51,564 nucleotides of DNA from Octopus bimaculoides (taxonomy: Eukaryota): the NCBI RefSeq assembly GCF_001194135.2, contig NC_068982.1:182901550-182953113 (forward strand). Reading direction: 5' to 3'. Position 1 is the stretch's first letter; every line of letters begins with the position of its first letter. The notes beneath the pieces are model-generated. The model saw only the letters and a program-made list of their open reading frames with translations, did not search any database and was not told the origin of the DNA. Position numbers and translations under genes: made by a program. Below are positions 41,560-51,564 of the stretch, in pieces.

Positions 41560-41705
41560 GTTGTTGTTGGCACTCCGTCGCTTACGAAGTCGAGAGTTCT
41601 AGTTGATCAACCTGCTCGTGAAATTAGCGTGCAAGTAGCTGAGTACTCCACAGACACGTATACCCTTAACGTAGTTCTCGGGGATATTCAGCGTGACACA
41701 GTGTT
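41560..41705 (-). mobile_element. 3' fragment of a SINE/LINE tail ending in (CAA)n
   Basis: Minus strand ends ...GTAAGCGACGGAGTGCCAACAACAAC; abuts the truncated left pseudo-LTR. Confidence 0.5.
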
Positions 41706-41750
41706 ACACAACGTTTCAGCTGATGTACTCTCCAGCCTTCATCGGGTGTC
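41706..41750 (-). ncRNA. Hammerhead ribozyme family A, probably inactivated copy
   Basis: Minus strand reads GACAC-CCGAUGA-A-GGCUG(loop)CAGCU-GAAAC-GUU-GUGU; the core carries a U4C change. Confidence 0.7.
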
Positions 41751-42717
41751 CTGGGAGAATTTCGAACCTGGGTCCTCATTCCTAAGGTATTTTTCCGATG
41801 TTATTATTATTATTACTTTTCAGGTCACTGCTTGGAATAGAAACCTTGGGCTTAGTAGCCCGCGCTCTTAACCACTACGCCATATGCCTATGGGCAATTT
41901 TGGAGTGAATTTTAGGGCTTATAAATCTAATATTTTCTTATCCTTCCTTAATACCAGTTCCCATATGCTGCTCATATCTGCACTAAGTCTGCCTAAGAGG
42001 TTACTATGTCCTAGCATATGTGCTGCCTCTTTTAGTTTTCGCATTTTCCAGTGGCTTTCTCTGTCCATTATTTTAACTTCATCCCACAGGGCTGGAGTGT
42101 CTCCATTTTACCATACATGATCAGCTATACCCGATTCATCAATATCTCCTCGTCTCACAGCTTTGCGATGTTCCTCTACCTTTATTTAGATGGGGCGGCA
42201 TGTTTCGTCTTTGTATAACTTACCACAGCTGCATGGGATGGAGTACACGCAGTCTTTGGTCATATTCTCTTCTATTGGTGGCTTTACTCGAAGGAGATAT
42301 TTGTGCAGTGTTGTATTACTCTTGAATACTGTCCTGATGTCATATGGGCAGCATATCTTTTGTATCTTTTCGTAGAGGCCTTTCACATAGGGTAGACAAA
42401 CTGTGGTCAGTTGATGGGTTTCATCCTCTCTTCTCTTCATAATTGGAGTGGATAGCATGTTTTGCGGGCAGTTGTTGCTTAATAGATTGTTACTTAGATT
42501 GATCATTTCTTTGTGGTGTGTATCAGGATGGCTACTTATATTCTTCGCTCGATGTTTTAGGCACTAAGCAATCCCTCTCTTTACATTATTATGCTAAGAC
42601 ATAATAACCTCTTAAACAGACGTAGTGCAGACGTGAATAACATATGGGAACCGGTATTAAGGAAGGATAAGAAAATATTAGATTTGTAAGCCCTAAAATT
42701 CACTCCAAAATTTCCAC

Positions 42718-42793
42718 GGGCATATGGTGTAGTGGTTAAGAGCGTGGACTGCTAACCCCAAGATTCTGAGTTCGATTCCAGGCAGTAACCTGA
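42718..42793 (+). other. tRNA-Ser-like head with Pol III A and B boxes inside the PLE pseudo-LTR (not a functional tRNA)
   Basis: A box TGGTGTAGTGG (42725-42735) and B box GTTCGATTCC (42770-42779). GTGGTTAAG.GCGTGGACTGCTAA resembles the D and anticodon arms of eukaryotic tRNA-Ser(GCT). No proper acceptor stem and no long variable arm. Confidence 0.75.
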
Positions 42794-42862
42794 ACAACAA
42801 CAATAATAATAACATCGGGAAAATACCTTAGGAATGAGAACCCAGGTTCGAAATTCTCCCAG

Positions 42863-42908
42863 GACACCTGATGAAGGCTGGAGAGTACATCAGCCGAAAC
42901 GTCGTGTT
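42863..42908 (+). ncRNA. Minimal type I hammerhead ribozyme family A with intact core
   Basis: GACAC (42863-67), CUGAUGA (42868-74), A, GGCUG[GAGAGUACAU]CAGCC, GAAAC, GUC (42901-03), GUGUU. Stem I is GACAC/GUGUU, stem II has 5 bp, stem III is the loopless palindrome ACGU and the cleavage triplet is the canonical GUC. Confidence 0.85.
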
Positions 42909-44928
42909 AACAACAAACAAGATGAGGACAAATATCCGTCAAATGTAAATAATGTAAATAACGTACATAATTCCTCATCTCTCAAATATAGAACTGTGTT
43001 TCTGTTATTGTTGTTATTTAGGCTAAGTTCAGCTCTGCCCTTTGGCCTATAGTCATGTGTATTCCAGCGTGATCCTGCTGTCTTATATATAACTACATAT
43101 TCCTGTACCGTCTTTATTGTTTTGTTTGAAAACGACACGTTAAAGTTTACTAAAATTTTGGTTGTTATTTAAAGCATGTCGATAAACTCCAAAGAACGCT
43201 CACAGGGATCAAAGAATAACAAAATGAAAATAAAGTGGTGACGTGGCGGTATTTCTCAATGATATTCGCGACGCAAGTGAAGTTGATAACAACCACAAAT
43301 AACTATTACAGCTCTATCACGGTTTTGTTTTTCTTCACACATCTATATGGTTGTTCAACCTGCTAGAAATAACTGCTAAATCTCTCTTAAATAACATCCT
43401 GTCGTCTTAAAAAAGAGAGCTGGATAATGTACTTATAGATAATCTAGCTCAGTTATAGACATGACTGTTAAAACTAGAACCTCTTCATTATCGCTCTGCT
43501 AGACCAGAATTGGCCTGGGGCTATCGAGATCAACGTGTAGTAGTGTAAATTGACGCTACTAAATCTTATTGCCGAAGCATAAGCTTTACAACACCTTCAC
43601 TTTGTAATGTTCTCTGCATCAGTAGACATATGTTCACGTAAGCAATCAATATTTAAATAAATCACCTATAAAACAGCAATGAGATTTTTGGCCAGCCACT
43701 TTATTCTCACAGCTGTCCGTTCTCATTACTGGCCAAGAAATCAGTAATTTGTTCAAAACCATTCTAGAAGTTCAGGACTTAGAAATGGAGTTGAATAGTT
43801 TCATTTAACCATTTATTCCTAATATCATTGTTATTTGTTTTAATTTCACTCTTTAATAGTAATTTATTGTCACGTTGCTACACTGTCCGATGCTTACTTT
43901 GCTACGCTGAAATACTTCATTTCATAAACTTAGCCTCACTGTATTTCCTCTTTTATGCGCTGCTCAAAACATTTTGCCCAGTTCTGAAACCCATATATTT
44001 CCAAGGCTCTGGAAATCCTTCCGGGATCACGAATTTCCTACAAATATTAATCTGCAAATGACCTCAACTGAACACCAATTGCCTGAGCCTCAACAGTGTT
44101 GGAGACGCCATGGATATCATTGCCAAATTCTCTTTTCCACTGGTAGAAATTTTTGGCGACCAGGATTAATTTCGCTCCTTCACGCGGAACATTTACAGAG
44201 ATCATAGCGAATTCCTCTCCTCCAGCAGATGGGTAAAACAAAAGTCGGGGTTATTTCTCCTATTCTCCGTTCTATAAGCAAAAGGTGACCATAAATAATA
44301 TTGCAGAGTCTTCTGCCATATTTTGAATAATATATAAGCCGGACCTATAGTAATATCTCTGTGTGACTATTTACTGATTGCATAGCCAAGACTTTTTGCA
44401 CAATCCATCTTCAAATTATGAATATTACAATGATTACGTAATTCCGAACTCCCCAAAACAGCTGTCAAGTTTAGAAATTTTCTGTTCTTTTCTTAGTATT
44501 CTCTATCTGTTATGTTCTGTTATGCTCTGTGTGGGTGTATATATATATATATATATATGTCTGTATGTATGTATGTATGTATGTATGTATGTATGCATAT
44601 ATACCTACGTATATCTATTGTGTGTATATGCAAGTATATATATGTATGTATGTATGTATGTATATGTGGTATATGTGCATCACGATCTTCATATCAGCTC
44701 GCTTGCATTACTCTTATACCGAGTCTTGATGCCGTGGACCTAGTCCTGGACGAAGGATTCGGAGTTTAAGTTCAATTCATTAGAACACTATTACGTGTTC
44801 TCTGTACTGTGCATATCTATCTATTACCTATGGTATATACTGTAGACACACACACACATATATATACATATATATGTGTGTGTGTGTGGGTGCAAGTGTA
44901 TGTGTATGTATATAAACATATATGTAAC

Positions 44929-44992
<64 letters not shown>

Positions 44993-45109
44993 GCACACAT
45001 ACATATATAGCACAAAACACTTCTCAAAGATGCCACCAGGAGATGTGATTGACATGCAAACTTCTTACCACGCTGCCACACACACACGTGTGTGTGTGTG
45101 TTTGTGTTT

Positions 45110-45300
45110 GTGTGTGTATGTTTGCCACCCCACCCCACCCCCATCACTGCTTGATAACTGATATTTAATTGTTTACACCCCCTTAACTCAGCAGTTGGGC
45201 AAAATATATTCAATAAGTACTGGGATCGATTTGTTCGACTAGACGATGCTCAAGCATGGCTGCAGTCCAATGAGTGAAACAAGTAAAAAATAAAAGATAA
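45110..45300 (+). mobile_element. SINE family 1, 3' module, degenerate
   Basis: GGGATCGATTTGTTCGACT...GCATGGCTGCAGTCCAATGAGTGAAACAAGTAAAA. Confidence 0.7.
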
Positions 45301-46068
45301 ACGACATACACACATATGCGCTTTGGAGTACACATTCCAACACATCTAAGAATAGGTTTCCCATTGAAAGAGCCCAATAGGCGACTTAAACTAAATTTAA
45401 TTATAAATTCAATTATAGATATGAATTAATTAAAGCCATGACAATAATGTTTTTGTGGCTAGCCTACAAATGATCAAAAAATCTAGAACATATACAATGA
45501 AGTGTAAATATTATCTTTAAGCCGAGGAGTAATATATAATGCTTCGATATACAGGGAAAATGTCTTATCAGAAGACAGAAGAAAGACTATATACATAAAC
45601 ATATGTATGTGTGTATTTCTGTGTATGTGTGTGTTTGTGCGTGTATTTGTATGTCCTCAAATACAAAGGAACAGGAGTAGTAGTCTTGTGATGTTTAAAA
45701 TTTTGGTTAACAAGCTTTTGGCTGGCTTCTGTCTCACTTCAAGTCGTATTTTGTTCTTTAGTCTCAAGTTATCATACACCTCGTGAATGGAACTTGGTTC
45801 TTAAAACCGTGTGGACGCCCATGGTTTTACGTGTGTGTCTGTTACTTGTGCGTGTGTGTGTGTGTGAAATGGCATGTGTGTATGCTTTGTCGATTTGTAC
45901 TTGCTAAGAAATATTATGTATTGTGAAGATATGCTAATATATCGTTGCAGTATATTGTCTTGCACTATAAACGTGTAATCTTATGTAAAGAAGGTCTTGA
46001 AATATTTCCAAAAGTTGTAAATCACAATTAGATCCTGCTTTATATCTTAAAGTCAAAAGGTGACGAGC

Positions 46069-46283
46069 TGGCAGAACTGTTAGCACGGCGGGCGAAATGC
46101 TTAGCGATAATTCATCCGTCTTTCCAATCTGAGTTCAAATGTCGCCGGGGTCGACTTGTCTTTCATCCTTTCAAGATCGATAAAATAATCGATAAAATAA
46201 TCACTGGGGAGTAGAGAACTGAGATCGGTGTAATCGATTTGCCACCTCCCTGAAATTGCTGGCAGTGAACCAAAATTTGAAAC
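46069..46283 (+). mobile_element. SINE family 2
   Basis: GACGAGCTGGCAGAACTGTTAGCACGGCGGGCGAAATGCTTAGCG...GAGTTCAAAT...GTCGACTTG.CTTTCATCCTTTC. Confidence 0.75.
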
Positions 46284-47039
46284 TAATATCTCCCTATTTA
46301 CTGTTGATGTGATATTGTTATTATTTCACTTCGGTAGACCTGTGATGAAACACGTAACTATTTCGGCTTACCGTTTTCCTAGACTTAATACAATCTTCCT
46401 TTATTCAAGACGGTAAAATGTAATCTTGAGAAATTTAGCTGCTATTTTTAACAGCTCATGCAACTTTATGATTGTTGTTATTCTTTAGTCCCAGATTAGA
46501 TTTTATCGTGAAAACCTATGACCAACGGCGTGTCAGTCATAACAATATATCATGTATATCAAGTTGTACATTTTTCAATACAGACTTTATAACGATGATA
46601 ACGTGTTTAAGATAGATATGCTTCTTGTGAAGTTTCCATGATGGCTGCTATTTCTAGCAAGTACAGTAGCTATGTAGTGATACCCTGTTTGATGTCTCCA
46701 TTTCAAAGAAGATTAAACATGATTGTTGTTAATACTATTGCACAACTATAGCTGTACTATTTGGATGACACTATGTAAACTATACCATGATTCTTGCTAC
46801 ACAATTTACGTTGGTATGCTCCTTTCCATACTATATTGCATGATTCTTGCTATAATATAGAATGGTAATGTTTTTGCACGGATCCTGTATGATTCATTCA
46901 CCGAGAGACAATGTTGAAACGCTTTAATATCAAAGCTACATGTACGCTATTGAGATTGATGAGAAATGCATAATCAAGATTGATGACTATCACCAAATAT
47001 TACACACATGTAATACTGACTATAAGATCACAGAAACAT

Positions 47040-47070
<31 letters not shown>

Positions 47071-47794
47071 GTAATGATAGCAATATTACCACAGAAATAT
47101 CCTACACTTATATATAATGCACTTAAAGTAAGTTAGCTTAGCAGTGGGATTCATCTCTCTGCTGCATAGCTGGAAGGATTTGATTTCAGAAATAAAAACA
47201 ACCGAAATATTAATTATTTATACAGCCAATGTGAAAGCGAGTAATCTCGTGCTTAGAGTGTTGGTCTCATAACCATAAGGTCATGGGTTCGATCGCACAT
47301 CATTTCAAGTTCTGTCTACTCAGCTGAAATAAGTACTGAACCAAATGTCAGTAGATTCCGAAGGTGTGTATGTCTGCTCGAGAGGATATGGGCAATTAAA
47401 ACAAATAGGGAAAGTATGCTTGCGAGTGACGGCTGTGGTTACATGCTATTACCTTGCTAAGTTCTCAAAGCAAAAATATTTTATTTCAGCTCCAGGTTGA
47501 ATCTATTTCATTACACATACATTATTAATTCCTGCTTATAGGATGGATGGAAATACACACTTTCTTATTTTAACTGATTACAAATGCTTCTTATATAATT
47601 TCTGTCAATGTCAGGAAATTCCACCTCTCGGTGGGTTTATGAATTGGAGACTCCTATAGCCTTTATTGAGTCATTGGTTCACCAAAGAAATCGTTGTTGT
47701 TTTTTTATCGTATTTCAGTATAACTCGGTACAGTACATGCTTATAATTATTTTCTTGATTTGTTGTTTTTCCGTATGGAATCGAACTAGTATAA

Positions 47795-47862
47795 CATATG
47801 GCGTAGTGGTTAAGAGCGCGGGCTACTAACCCCAATATTCCTAGTTCGATTCCAGGCAGTGA

Positions 47863-47897
<35 letters not shown>

Positions 47898-48069
47898 TCG
47901 AAAAATACCTTAGGAATGAGAATCCAGGTTCGAAATTTCCCCAAGACACCTGATGAAGGCTGGCGGGTATATCAGCCGAAACGTTGTGTTAACAACAAAC
48001 AAGATGAGGACAAATATCCGTCAAATGTAAATAATGTACATATTTCCTCATCTCTTAAATATAGAACTG
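47795..48069 (+). mobile_element. Stand-alone tRNA-head plus hammerhead element (solo PLE pseudo-LTR or SINE-like)
   Basis: Collinear with 42721-42996 from CATATGG to TATAGAACTG; no PLE ORF sequence upstream. Confidence 0.85.
47945..47990 (+). ncRNA. Hammerhead ribozyme family A, intact core with GUU triplet
   Basis: GACAC, CUGAUGA (47950-56), A, GGCUG[GCGGGUAUAU]CAGCC, GAAAC, GUU, GUGUU. Confidence 0.8.
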
Positions 48070-48073
48070 CTGT

Positions 48074-48717
48074 ATTGTAACTTGTGATGAAAAGTGGATT
48101 CTGTACAATAATAAAAAACGTTCTTCGAGGTGGTTGGACCAAAATGAAGCACTGAAAAACCTTTCCTAAACCCGAGCGCTTCAAAAAGAAGATTATGGTG
48201 ACTGTTTGATGGTGTACTGCTGGACTCATCCACTATAACTTCTTAAAACTCAGAAAAACCATTACTTCAGAAATATATTGCCATGAAATTGCCAAAATGA
48301 ACGAAAAACTGCTACTCCTCCATCCCAGACTGGTCAACAGAAGAGGGCTAATCATTCTTTATGTCAATACTCGACCGCACACTTCACTAATGGTACTCCA
48401 GAAGTTAAAGGAACTTGGCTACGAAGTTCTTCCCCACCAATCTTATTCCCCAGAGCTTTCTCCTACCGTCTACCATTTTATCAAGCACCTTCAGGGTTTC
48501 CTGCGAGAGAAGGAGTTCAAAAATCAAACCGATGCTGAAAGTGTGTTCAAAGAGTTCATCAGCTCCCGAACTTCAGATTTTTATGTTACCGGAATAAGTC
48601 AGTTTGTAACTCGTTTGCTGGTACTTACCTTGATGAATAAAATTTGTGCATTGTTGAAATATATTGTGATGAATTTCCTGTTCCAAAGCGTTACTTACTT
48701 TTTACTCAGCCTGGTAT
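48074..48717 (+). mobile_element. Mariner (Hsmar1/SETMAR-like) transposase 3' half plus right TIR remnant
   Basis: IVTCDEKWILYNNKKRSSRWLD, then NEKL...LVNRRGLIILYVNTRPHTS...LKELGYEVLPHQSYSPELSPTVYHFIKHLQGFL; TIR-like end near 48685-48717. Confidence 0.9.
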
Positions 48718-49975
48718 ATTGATTTACAGAAATTCTCAAGGATGAAAGCTAAAGTTGACCTCAGGTTCATTTGGACTCAGAATGTAAAAGATAATAACCG
48801 AACACCTTCAGTCTACCGATTCTGCTAATTCAATGCCCAAATGAATTCTGAGATAAGCACAGGGCGAGAATGGCGAGCGATTTCATCAATGCTAGAAATT
48901 GGTTGGTATTCATTTTATGGACCCCAAGGAAATAAAAACAGCATTGAACCCTAATGTGAAATTCGAACATGGGACATAAAAAGACTTAACTATATATTAA
49001 AATCATTCTTTCCGAATCTCCGCAGCTTCTGCGCCAGCCCAGCACCTATTTTAAGGATAGAATAATATTATAAAGCATAGCCTTGCAATTGTTTATAGTA
49101 AGATAATAAGATAAGATTTATTCTTACATTGCTACAGATTCAAAACTAAATAATAATAATAATAATAGCAACAACAACAATAACAACAACAATAATAATA
49201 ATAATGATAATAATAATAATAATATCCTGTGATTCAGGCTACATGAAACCAATGAATCAATTACCTTCTAGATTCAATTTATTCATTCGAAGATGTTGTA
49301 AAACAAAATAGGAAACCTTCCCTACAAATATTATTATTGTATCACTTCAGTTTATTAATGCGACATCTTGCCGCCTGTTATCTCACTCAAACTATGTTCA
49401 ATGTTCAACAGCATTTGCAAATATTTTCATAGAATTTTCTAGCGTTTACATCTCCATCTCTTTACCAGTTCTGCACACTCATGTATACATATACATATTC
49501 GTACATTCATCTATAAACACATAACTTTATGTAATTTTCCAAATGTATACACGATTCTGCGTAGGTTTTAGACGTAGAAATACATACATAGATATTTCAA
49601 GCCAATATCTATATGCAAACTCCTTTACGTTGTTATTGACTTATATATATGTGTGTGTGTATGTGCGTGCATGTGCGTGTATTTATATCTACGTATATTA
49701 TATACGTTAACAATTTCCATATGTTCATATGAGTATATATTCATACGTAATACTTACATACAAACGTAAGCACATATTCATATATATAAGTGTATGCATG
49801 TAAGTGTTTGTGAGTGAGTGCATGTCAGAATTCCCGTCTACATACAATCGGGTGGGGTGCGCATAAATACATTCAATATTCTCATACAACTTCACATCGT
49901 CTCAGGTATACAAAGGATACAGAAACCAAGGCATATAATAAACACATACACATACATACACACGAATTTGTATTA

Positions 49976-51201
49976 TATTAAATCATCCCATAAAATAATT
50001 CAGTTTTTTTTTCAATTGCATGAACTAAAAGTCGAAGAGGGACGGGATAAACTACCTGCATCAAATTGCTATAAAAGCAGGTTGTAATGTTACCTTGTAC
50101 TTATTCATAGTGCAAGTTTTGAAGAGTGCAGTTCGATTTTAACACTTACTTTTTCAAAGCTATAACGGAAATGAAAAAGGAGTATATTCGGTATATTTTG
50201 CTTTATGAGTTCAATAAAGGCAACAACGCAACGGAAAGTCCGAGGAATATTAATGCAGTATATGGGGATTGGACAGTAAGCGTAAACCAGTGTCAATGGT
50301 AGTTCCAGAAATTCCGAGACGAAAACTAGAGCCTAGAAGACGAGCCTCGTCCAGGAAGATCTGCAGAGATCGACGAGGACGTCCTGCAAACCATAGTGGA
50401 ACAAAATCCCATCATAACTGTTGAGGAACCAGCAGAGAAGCTTGGATTTGATGATTCAACCATTCATCGGCACCCGCGTGCCATCGGAAAAGTCAGAAAA
50501 GTTTTGCCAATGGGTTCCTCACAAACTTTCTAAGTCTAATCGCGCGCGCAGAGAGTGAATGTGTGCTCTTCTTTGTTGTCACGTCTCATGAATGAACCAT
50601 TTTTTAACCGAATAGTGACTAGAGCTGAGATATGGATTCTCTATAAAAATGTCAAGCGGTGAAGACAGTGGGTAGGGAAAACAGAAACACCGGCACCACA
50701 GGCTAAAGAAGGTTTTCGCCCACGTAAGGTGTTGTTATCTGTTTGGTGGGATATAAAAGGTTTAGTCCACTTTGAACTTTTAAACTCAAACCAAGCGATA
50801 AGAAAGGAGATCTGCTGCGAGCAGCTTGAGCGGCTTAAGTCAGCACTAGAAGTAAAACGACCATCTTTGGTTTCAAGACGATAATGCTCGGCCACTTACA
50901 ATGAGGATGACATTCCAAAGGCTGAAGCAGCTTGAATGGGAGACGCTGCCCCACCCACCATATTCGCCGGACATTGCCCCATCTGATTATCATTTATTCC
51001 GCAGTCTTCATAATCATTTGGACGGAAAATATGAACTCTCTACACGAGGTCAAAACAGTACTAGAAGAGTATTTTTCGTCACGGACAAGTGAATTTCGGA
51101 CGAGGAGAAAAGAGCATAGTAGAAAATGAAGGAGAGTGTATTCTAGATTGAAAACTAAGAGAAGTATTAAAAAACCGCATTATTTATGGGATGACCCAAT
51201 A
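49976..51201 (+). mobile_element. Near full-length decayed mariner with both TIRs and flanking TA
   Basis: Left TATTAAATCATCCCATAAAATAATTCAGTTTTTT matches the reverse complement of the right end (TATTGGGTCATCCCATAAATAATGCGGTTTTTT). ATG at 50171 gives MKKEYIRYILLYEFNKGNNATES...LEDEPRPGRS, later WVPHKLS, DNARP and LPHPPYSPDIAPSDYHLFRSLHNHL. Stops, frameshifts and two small deletions. Confidence 0.92.
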
Positions 51202-51349
51202 GTTTCGTTCTTCATTCTCTTTTTATGTCTTTCAAGTTGTTTCTCTTTTTATCACCAATTCACACATACCCTTTTCTCTTCCTCTCGTTTCTATTAATTT
51301 TCCTTTCCTTTTCTACATCACCTTTTTCACTGTACATATACCGCCGTCG

Positions 51350-51535
51350 CGTGACAGCCGATGCTGCTGTGTTTATGTCTCCCGTAACTAAGCATTTCAG
51401 CGAAAGAGACCAACAGAATAAGTACTAGGCTTACAAAATATAAGTCCTGGGTTCGATTTTCTTTGAGAAATATCTTGAAGGCGGTGCTCCAGCATGGCCA
51501 CAGTCCAATGACTAAAACAAATAAAAGAATAAAAC
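51350..51535 (+). mobile_element. SINE family 1, 3' module
   Basis: CCCGTAACTAAGC...GCTTACAAAATATAAGTCCTGGG...GGCGGTGCTCCAGCATGGCCACAGTC. Confidence 0.85.
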
Positions 51536-51564
51536 AAATATATATATAAATATATATACATATA

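Larger units (their letters stand above)
41706..42996 (-). mobile_element. Penelope-like element remnant: RT thumb plus GIY-YIG endonuclease with inverted pseudo-LTR arms
   Basis: Minus strand 42582 to 41919 gives KRGIA*CLKHRAKNISS...LPYVKGLYEKIQKIC.PYDIRTVFKSNTTL...CVYSIPCSCGKLYKDETCRP...EEHRKAV...SGIADHVW...KLKEAAHM...ILDL*. Segment 41706-42017 is repeated inverted from 42591 to ~42908, with extra tail to 42996. Confidence 0.9.

Noticed and set aside
42718-42793. Genuine tRNA-Ser gene
   Set aside because: No acceptor stem, imperfect anticodon stem, missing long variable arm, and three diverged copies embedded in a repeat.
43974-44241. Possible coding exon (AG near 44007, GT near 44233)
   Set aside because: All three plus-strand frames contain stops between the candidate splice sites, and I recognise no protein similarity on either strand.

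Overview
AT-rich, repeat-dense eukaryotic DNA with four N gaps, each flanked by microsatellites. I cannot support any intact host protein-coding gene, and most ORF-track entries are translations of microsatellites or chance ORFs. The SINE families resemble repeats I recall from octopus (coleoid cephalopod) genomes; this is inference, not a search result. The window holds decayed DNA transposons: three mariner copies, one DD37D/maT-like Tc1-mariner and one Tigger/pogo. It also holds decayed retroelements: a Tx1-like L1-clade LINE, an RTE-like LINE and two Penelope-like (PLE) remnants, plus many tRNA-derived SINEs, microsatellites and two cryptic degenerate arrays. The most notable structure is at 41.7-43.0 kb: a PLE GIY-YIG end with inverted pseudo-LTRs, each holding a tRNA-Ser-like Pol III head followed by a minimal type I hammerhead ribozyme. 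The same tRNA+hammerhead module occurs alone, SINE-like, at 47.8-48.07 kb, and a second, unrelated hammerhead family lies at 39.8 kb. Boundaries of decayed elements are approximate.
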